Shown here piece after piece: positions 54,560 through 64,000 of a stretch of DNA of 64,000 bases (the first letter of the stretch is position 1; each line of letters opens with the position of its first letter). The notes under the pieces were generated by a model. The model worked only from the letters and a program-made list of their open reading frames with translations. It did not search any database and was not told the origin of the DNA. Both the position numbers and the translations under genes were made by a program. The stretch is from positions 7,440,001 to 7,504,000 of the forward strand of contig OZ024749.1 of the NCBI GenBank assembly GCA_964016885.1, in the 5' to 3' direction. Source of the DNA: Eledone cirrhosa (taxonomy: Eukaryota).

Positions 54560-55690
54560 AGTAAGAAGTGCTGGCCGAAGGAGAGAACGATGGATCAAGA
54601 AACAGGCGTGGGACCTGATTGATGAACAAAAGAAGGCGAAAGTTGAGCGAGATTCTGCGAGATCGGAGGAAGCCCAAAGGAAAAGTGATGCTGCATACCA
54701 CCGAGCGACTAGTAAAGCGAAGCTGCAGGCGGGAAAAATGCGTCTGGCTGGAGAAACAAGGTGCTGAGGCAGAGGAAAAAAGGTGCTGTCGCAACGACAT
54801 GAAAACATCGTTGACGGGAATGCTTGAACTGGACCAGAGATGGATGGAGCACATCCGGGAGACGCTGAACCAACAAGGTCCAATCACCCTAATAGACTCG
54901 ACCGCAGAGACTCCAGCAACCGCTGTAGTACTCAAGGTGTGCGAGGACCAAATCACCAAACAGGAGACGAGAGATGAGATCAGCGACTTAAGGAACGGCA
55001 AAGCAGGTGGACTGGATGGGAACTGTACAGAGTTGCTCAAATTCGGTGAGAATAGCACAATAACGGCGTTGACAAACTTGAACCACTGCTGGAGGGTTGG
55101 CAGGGTTCCTCTTGGGTGGCAATGTGGTGTCATCGTCAAACTGCAGAAGAAGAAAAACCTGGCCGACTGTAACAACTGGCGTGGTATCACATTGCTGTCA
55201 GTCCCATGCAAGGTGTTCTGCACTGTGCTGCTCCCTCGACTCCGGCAAGCTGTCAACTCTGTACTCCGGGAAGAACAAGCCGGCTTCTGAAACAACCGAT
55301 CGTGCATCGAACAGATCTTCACACTACGCAACATTCTCGAACAAAGTGTAAAGCTCCAGCATCCTTTATTGGTCAACTTAATTGATTACCAGAAGGCATT
55401 CGACAATGTGCATCGGGAATCGCTGTGGAATGTCGCGCACTCGTACGGTATTCCTGCAAGATACACCGCCATCTGCAAGGCCCTGTACACAAACTCCAGC
55501 TGCTGCGTACGAACTGAGTCCTGTGTAACGGAGTTCTTTGACACTGTTTCCGATGTAAGAGAGGGTTGTATTCTTTCTCCACTGCTGTACCTGTTGGCAG
55601 CCGATTTCGTTCTAAGGCAAACAGATGAAGGACCCGATCGATAAATCCCATGGACTGACAGGCCAGTGGCGGCTGAAAGACCTGGCTTGC
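54560..55690 (+). pseudogene. Degenerate RTE-clade (BovB/Perere-3-like) RT fragment
   Basis: KAGGLDG, CNNWRGITLLSVP.KV, LREEQAGF, IDYQKAFDNVHR, VREGCILSPLL. Stops and deletions. Confidence 0.85.
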
Positions 55691-55804
55691 CAAAATATTT
55701 TTCTTAACGCGCGTACGGTAATAATCCAGTTAAAGAGGTAATGACACATTTTCCAACGAGAAGATTATGAAGTATTTATACTAATAATAACTAGTATAGT
55801 ACCA

Positions 55805-56058
55805 GGATAAACAGGAATAACTTGGCAGGAAGAATTGGTCAGAAAGAGAAATTTATTGAGAGTTCACCTTGGACTATAATTTTCTTTTTCTCTTTCAGAT
55901 AAAGTGCAACATGTTATTACATAATGCATGCGCTTGACCATGGAATTCATAATCAGTACTTGTAGACGGATATTCTACAGAACTGTATGTTAAGGAATGA
56001 ACTCAATAAATTTCTCCTTCTGACCAATTCTTCCTGCCTAGTTCTTCTTGTTTTATCT
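55805..56058. repeat. MITE-like inverted repeat (~60-bp arms)
   Basis: GGCAGGAAGAATTGGTCAGAAAGAGAAATTTATTGAG pairs with CTCAATAAATTTCTCCTTCTGACCAATTCTTCCTGCC. Confidence 0.7.
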
Positions 56059-56349
56059 ATAGATATATGTTACTTTAAAGGTTAATTGAACATATAAAAT
56101 ATATATCAATAATGTTTCTCAGTATAAAGCTCCATAAACTTCAGTTGAGGCCATCAATCATATAAGTTTAAATGATATATATCAGGATATATCAAGACAC
56201 AGCTAGAATTTTCTAGATATATACAGAACAAATAATATGTAAATAAATAAATATACATATTTGAATGGCCTACACTTCCTTAGACAAGTCTGTTTCTAGA
56301 AATCCCCCCAAAAATAAAATACACACCATAGATTTTAGTAACTATTATC

Positions 56350-56685
56350 TTCTTTTTTTTTCTTGTTCTTCGTTCCCGTATTCCTAAGAGGTTTGTGAGG
56401 GCTGATGTCTCAGACATGGCTTCCGGAAGAACGGCCGAGTAGATGGGTGTTATCCAAACTTCTTGCTCGTCTTCGAGATCTGGATTTCCTGCCAATCGTC
56501 TTCAACCGTAAAATCCGTTCAGTGACTCTTTCCTGAGAGATTCTAACAACATGTCCGCAGTATCGGAGATGTGATTTCTCAATTCGTTTTAAAGGCCCTA
56601 TCTGGAGCGACTTCCTGTTCTACGATCTTCGCAATTTATCGAGAAATGTTACTTGAAAACCACTTCGGAGGAACTCCATTTGAGT
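56350..56685 (-). pseudogene. RTE (Expander/Rex3-like) C-terminal relic with an A-rich tail
   Basis: MEFLRS..VTFLDKLR..RKSLQI.PL.RIEKSHLRYCGHVVRI..ER...GRKSR.R. Confidence 0.65.
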
Positions 56686-57119
56686 AGCATATATTTGTGA
56701 TTATATCGTGTCCAGTCGGTTCAGCGATGTCAGGTTGAGCGAAGTCATTTTGAGCGAAGGTAATATTATTTCAATTAAAAATACCTTCGCTCAAAATGAA
56801 TGGAACCGATTATATACTTTCGTTCATTACCCGATATTCGTGACAATAGGTAAGGGTTGGAAGGAACACTGAACTTAATTTATCCAGTTCAGCCTTTACG
56901 CCTAACCCCTTTCATCTAATCACAAACTGATGCATTACTAAACAAGCTTCAACAATTCTTGCAGCTCCATTGTTGATTATCCTAAAAGATTATTCACCGC
57001 AATTGGAGTTACCTTTGTTGAATTCTGTTGTGTTTGTATTGTTTTCCAGACTATGTATTTCAATTATTGTGGCTGCTTAGTTTTAATACTTTACCCCTTG
57101 TTTTCCTTTCAATTTACTT

Positions 57120-57150
<31 letters not shown>

Positions 57151-57152
<2 letters not shown>

Positions 57153-58460
57153 CAAAGAAGAGAGAAATAGGACGAAGGTAAACAGTTACAAAAGAATTTA
57201 AATCCACGTATTAACAATTGTTTCATCAGAATTTCAGCAACACCCCAATCACTCAACACAATAATACACCTAATACACAACCACCCACTAACAAACAGTA
57301 TGCACAAAACACACTCACACACACATCTCAGCCCACCTATAACTCCACCACTGCCCATAACAGAAATTGTAATTGCCACCTTCCAGAGACTTGTCCATTG
57401 AATAACGAATGTTTGCATTCAAACCTAGTGTACAGGTGCTCGGTTGAGTCGGGCAACCAAACCTGGCACTACATAGGCAGCACTGCAAACACCTTCAAAA
57501 CTCGTTGGTACACGCATCGTTACGCAATAAAGCACCACCAACACCGTTACGTAACGACTCTCGCCGACAAAATTTGGCACTTAAAAGGGAATAACCGACA
57601 ATACACCCTTAAATGGACCAAACTCTCACATGCTCCTCCATACCGGAGTGGGATGAAAACGTGCCCGTTGTGTAATAATGAGCTCTTCCATATCCTAAGC
57701 TCAAGCCACCAACTACTAAACAAGAAAATTGAAAGGTCAATTTTTTGCCAGCATAAACTGAAAGCGAAGTTCTCACACTTCAAACCTTCAACTAAATCTT
57801 AACACTACCTCTCTTTCTACCCTAAATAACAATTCCACACTCCTAAAAATAGACTATATATGAAATTTAATACTTTCTTCCTTCATCTAAACTCTGGTAA
57901 GACTTTCGCCTGTCCACTATCAAATGCCACTTAAAATTATATCTTCCTTCTCTCTCCCTCTACTCATCACAACTTTTAGCACACAACCCTCCTCCCTCTC
58001 CCTTCTTGTAACTTAACTATATTCTTACAAATCCTCTCACACCACCCTATCTTTTTCTCTTTCACTCCCTACCTCCATCCCTTTTCTCTCTCTCTCTCCC
58101 TCTCTTTTGCCCCTCTCTCTCTCGGTTCCTCTATCTTACACTACTACTCCTTATTTCATTTCCTAAGGTCATTCCAACTTTGTATTTTGAAAATTCGGAT
58201 GCTACAGTATCTTTCTTGATTGCCTATTATAACATAGTGTAGCAATAATGGACTGAAATTCTGATGAAACAATTGTTAATACGTGGATTAAATTCTTGTG
58301 TAACTGTTTACCTTCGTCCTATTTCTCTTCTTTGATTACACTCCTCGTTTGTTCGTGTTTCCACTACAGAATCCCTACCAACATGTTGAGTCACCTTAAC
58401 GTATGTTGAGAACTTTCCTCACAACTTGTTCTACCAAGCTTTGGAATACTCCTAATTACT
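57151..58460 (+). mobile_element. Naiad-like PLE, 5'-truncated, with an inverted partial pLTR at the 5' end
   Basis: GIY-YIG ORF 57218-57802 (CNC..CPL..CL..VYRC..YIGST..FKTR..CPLC..E..LLN..CQH). 57151-57237 is the reverse complement of 58253-58336. Confidence 0.88.
58182..58282 (+). ncRNA. Type I hammerhead, U3-A8 core variant with a long helix II insertion
   Basis: GTATT | TTGAAAA | tTCGGA TGCTACA...TGTAGCA...TCTGAt | GAAA CAATTG TT^ | AATAC. Confidence 0.6.
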
Positions 58461-59443
<983 letters not shown>

Positions 59444-59445
<2 letters not shown>

Positions 59446-59986
59446 GCGGCGATGAATTAGTTTAGCGAAATAAAATAAAATAAAATAAGATAAATAAATA
59501 CATACACAAGCACAATAACAACAAGCACATAAACACACACTAGTCACCCAGCAGACACAACACTATACACACTAGTCACTCAGCACACATAACACTATAT
59601 ACACACGCAAACGCATGCGCAAAGAAGACAAAATAAAATAAGATAAACAAACAAGCAAATAAATAAATATATAGACAGACTGAATAAAAAATGGCGTAGA
59701 CATACAACACAACTGGAGGAACAAAGAATATAACACCACTGACGATGTTGCAGATGTGCAACGAAAGATTTATGTAAATTATGTAAACTATATATATGTG
59801 TTTGTGTCTATATTGTATCTGTATTATTTTTGACCGTCGGTCAGTCAATGACAACATTGAGGACCGAGTAAGTTAGATCGCAGATATAAAAGACAGCGAG
59901 AAGCGAAAACCAACCAAACAGTGAGTGTGTTCTGTTATTAATTCTGGCAATATTACGCAAATATGACCCTCCCCAAGTATAACAAT
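59444..59986 (+). mobile_element. PLE 3' UTR/pLTR of the 29672 family with a short inverted 5' piece
   Basis: Collinear with 30760-31253. 59444-59468 is the reverse complement of 31287-31311. Degenerate hammerhead at 59734-59774. Confidence 0.85.
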
Positions 59987-59994
59987 ATATATAC

Positions 59995-60133
<139 letters not shown>

Positions 60134-60424
60134 TACATATAGATATATATATATATCCCAATTTGTATTGGTTTCGTCGTTATTTTCTTAAAAACTTCTT
60201 AAAAGTTTGTGGACAATAGAATAGCATCTTCTTCTACAACAACAACAACAACTACTACTACTACTACTATTCTCATTGAAGTTCATTACCATGTTATTAC
60301 AATGTCATCTAATTTTCACATCTAGTTTTTAATGAATATATAATTATAAACTAATTACATGGCTTTTGCCGACACCAAATGTCTAGATTTGTTCATACAC
60401 ACACACACATACACACGCACGCAC

Positions 60425-60564
<140 letters not shown>

Positions 60565-60799
60565 GTTTATATATTTTATCATGTTTATTCTGATTTAATT
60601 TCAACATGTATTTTATTTTATCTATTTTCTCTTATATATTATTTATTTAGTTCTGCCCTTTCACAGATAGTTCGCAATTGTTAAATTTGAAACCGTCACA
60701 TCTCGTAAACACTCCAATATATATATATATCATCACCATCATTATCATCGTTTAACGTTCATCTTCCAAGGATACTATTTATAGTTATATATATTTTAA

Positions 60800-61142
60800 A
60801 CTGTTTATAGTTATGTATATTTTAAACCCTAAACAGTGAAGGTCAGTAATTTATTACTACCTTATTACCAGTAAGATAAATAGCTCAATGTAATAACATC
60901 AGTTGTTCTACAGAGCAGTTATATAGAATTCACAAGAATCAAAGCTATGTTCAAAGCATTTATTCACTTACATTAGCCGTGTTATCTGCCGCATGTATTT
61001 TAATTTTGATTTTAAATTTGAATTGCTGTACAAATATAGTATAGTATAATATATGTCACTCTACTGTATATCAATATATATATATATATATGTATCTGTA
61101 TGTCTCTTACGTTGGATAGGTCAATTATATGTACAAGTATTG
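60800..61142. repeat. Unclassified interspersed repeat (copy of 35780-36112)
   Basis: See 35780. Confidence 0.65.
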
Positions 61143-61418
61143 AAAAATGAGAGAGGGGCGGGGGTTATGAAAAATCCCGCCCGTGGTCCTATGTGGTTTC
61201 AGCTTGTGTACAAAAAACTGTCTGCTGAACGAAGGGCCTGAAACCACCCTATAACCACACTGCATCTCCCCATACACTGAATAATGCCATCATTAGGCGT
61301 CTCCCCGGTCTCAGCATCACACTCTCTCTCTCTCTCTCTGTATATATTAAGTTCTCTCTCTTTTTCTCTCTCTCTCTTTTTCTCTCTCTCTTTCGCTCTT
61401 TCCCTCTCTCTCTCTCTC

Positions 61419-61496
<78 letters not shown>

Positions 61497-61643
61497 ATGA
61501 AGTTCACATGAAGATATGTCACTATCTTTACACCAATTATTATATTTTATTTGACGAAAGCTTACTTGAATATTTGTACCCTTGAAATGCGTATAATAAA
61601 ATAAATAAGGTTTTATAAAGCTATTTTGCCTTTATTAATATTA

Positions 61644-61737
61644 TCCCGCCGAAGTTAACTTTGCCTTTCATCCTTACAGGGTCGATAAAATAAGTACCAG
61701 TAATACACTGGCCTTGTGCCAAAAGTAGAAACAATTA
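61644..61737 (+). mobile_element. Nin/Deu-like SINE, 3' half
   Basis: Core and tail match 9986. Confidence 0.8.
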
Positions 61738-62019
61738 ATATTATTAATATAATGATACTCCGGATAAATCCGTTGAGTGCTTCTAATCTGTTGTAAAATA
61801 AACTTTGTTGAATAATCAACAAACCAAATAACTCACTGCTTATATATATATATATATATTCAGAAGATCCCGTTAAGGGTGAAAGCAGCGATTCTTTGCT
61901 TAAACTTTAATCTGTTATTTTAATAAATATTTGCTCTAGAGTTCTTATGTATTTGATATATATTTATCCTTATCGAGCCCTCTTTGGATTTTACTCTTCA
62001 CATTTATTATTATTACTAT

Positions 62020-62202
62020 AATTGTTTCTACTTTAGGCACAAGGCCAGCAATTACCCAGTGCATTACTGGTACTTTATTTTATCGACCCCGTAAGGGTGA
62101 AAGGAAAAGTCAACCTCGGCGGGATTTGAACTCAGATCGTAAAGGGACGTAATTATGCTGCAAAGCATTGCGTCCGACCCTCTACTGATACTGCCAATCC
62201 AC
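62020..62202 (-). mobile_element. Nin/Deu-like SINE, full length
   Basis: Reverse complement of the 9986 family. Confidence 0.86.
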
Positions 62203-62220
62203 CGTATTACTATAATAAGA

Positions 62221-62427
62221 AAGTGTGGTAAGACACCAGATGGACCATAACGCACCAAAGTACTCAATACTTAGGTTAGTAGAGTGGGTAATAGGAAAAT
62301 GTCAGGACCCCAACTGTTGTGTTCCCACCGTTCGACAGCTCGATCTGAAGTAAGCCACTAGTGGCTTAGTTCGGATTAGCTGTCAAAACGGCCGGAGCTC
62401 AGTCGTTGGGTGTCCTGACTTTTTTCC
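62221..62427. mobile_element. Head-to-head pLTR-like fold-back centred on GCCACTAGTGGC (about 62360)
   Basis: The left arm is an imperfect reverse complement of the right arm and of 63121-63240. Confidence 0.6.
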
Positions 62428-62471
<44 letters not shown>

Positions 62472-62558
62472 TGTGTGCTGTGTGTGTGTGTATGTATATA
62501 TACACCGTAAAGTTGAACGTGGACTAACAACACAGAACAATAGAGATCAATGATATAT

Positions 62559-62639
<81 letters not shown>

Positions 62640-63020
62640 TGTGTGTTTGTCTGTGTTTATGTGTACGTGTGTGTGCCGAGAGATTCCACAAGAAGAAGAA
62701 TTTGAAATAAAGTTGTCTAAGTAAAACGGTGATAATTTTATCGGGGAATTTACTCTGGAAATATTATAACAATACCTTAAGTTTCGTGACTGGGCATAGG
62801 ACATATAGGGTGGTTCTAATAGTTAGAGTTATCATGTACAGGCTGTATACAGGATCCTTTCTTCACTGGGTGAACATCAAATGTCTCACGAGACTTCATC
62901 CAATGAGATGAGAGGACGATACTGGAATGTTGTTGTATTTCAGAAAATCTAAAGGCAACAATAATTGTAAAGACTTATAATCTTAAGTTCACTACCATTT
63001 TCATATAGCTTTCTTAATAA

Positions 63021-63118
63021 TAATTGTTTCTACTGTTGGCACAAGGCCAGCAATTACCCAATTCTATTACTGGTACTTTATTTTATCGACCCATAAGGAT
63101 GAAAGGCAAAGTTAACCT
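63021..63118 (-). mobile_element. Nin/Deu-like SINE, 3' half
   Basis: Core and tail match. Confidence 0.78.
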
Positions 63119-63120
63119 GC

Positions 63121-63240
63121 GTCCAGAATTAGCCGTCGAAACGGCTTGAGCTCAGCCGTCGATGTGCTACTTGTTCCTATTACCCACTCTACTACCCTAA
63201 GTATTGAGCTACTTTGGTACCTTACCACATTTCCTTCGTT
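63121..63240 (+). mobile_element. pLTR-like repeat (8075/62221 family)
   Basis: GTCGAAACGGC..GAGCTCAGCCGTCG..TTCCTATTACCCACTCTACTACCCTAAGTATTGAG, followed by (TA)n. Confidence 0.55.
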
Positions 63241-64000
63241 ATATATATAAAGATGAAGTTTTCTGTATGAGTTTGTGCGTTGACAATTTTTAATGAGGGC
63301 TCATATATTCTAAACCATTCATGCGATTTCTTTGAAACTTTTTACAGAGCTTCTCATTGCACAAAACCTGTGCATGATCTACAAAGGCTTTCAAAAATCG
63401 AAATTGGGGCCTTTGGAGACATTAAAAAGTTTCGGTTATTTGTGTGAATTCTCGTGATTAAGTAAGACAAAAGTTATCTTTAAGTAAGACAAGAGTTATC
63501 TTTCGTAATTCGGCTCATTCGATTTTAATTTACTCTTTGTACTTGAAACAAAAGTACGCTTCATTGAGACTAACAATATCATTTTGTATATTTCACAACC
63601 AGCAATTTCTAACAGATTACTAAGTTAAGTTATAGATTTGACATTGTATAATTTATCGTTTTCAAGCTTGATGTTCATACATTAAGTGATGTCATAACTT
63701 TTACAATATTATGGTTTGTACATAATAGTGTCTATTATTCACTTCACTTCTCTATTTCATGATGCGCTTTTACTGCTGTCAAAAAAGACACCGAGCTCAC
63801 ATATTAATTATTTCGCTGGAATAGTGCCTAAGGTTTCATGTTTACATAACGTACGTTTTTCTTCTATGTGTTTAAATTTACTTTGCTTAGTTTAATGAGC
63901 TACATCGAAAGCTACTTGAACCGTCCAAAGGACGGGTAGTTCAGCTATATATATATATATACACACAGTGTGTGTGTGTGTGTGTGCGTGTATAAACCGT

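Noticed and set aside
56280-56495. 71-aa ORF as a host exon
   Set aside because: Another frame of the same segment matches an RTE C-terminus, so it is a transposon relic.

Overview
AT-rich eukaryotic genomic DNA with no supportable host protein-coding gene. The SINE families and the repeat landscape suggest an octopus or other coleoid cephalopod (inference). About half of the window is (TA)n/(TATG)n/(CA)n microsatellite, and almost all of the YI/CV/TH-repeat ORFs are artefacts of it. The non-simple islands are retroelements. They include one intact single-ORF RTE-clade LINE (APE + RT + three C-terminal C2H2 fingers, 21945-25490) with an R4/Dong-type element nested in its 3' UTR, and two near-identical 610-bp non-autonomous RTE deletion derivatives. 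There are also CR1/Jockey-group LINE copies, CRE-like and further RTE fragments, Penelope-like elements (PLEs) of at least three GIY-YIG families, and many tRNA-derived SINEs. The most notable signal is a set of about ten type I hammerhead ribozyme (HHR) motifs in PLE pseudo-LTRs and in short islands between microsatellites, all found by manual folding. Some use a (TA)n run as helix III. Four have a UUGAAAA core with the compensated U3-A8 pair, two of them with a long inserted helix II. These islands often form fold-back or inverted structures, share a downstream ACTC..TYGAGT hairpin, and end precisely in (AT)n. This is consistent with a ribozyme-processed, microsatellite-targeting retroelement system. 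One PLE endonuclease relic has TGA at two conserved Cys positions, a possible selenocysteine signature.
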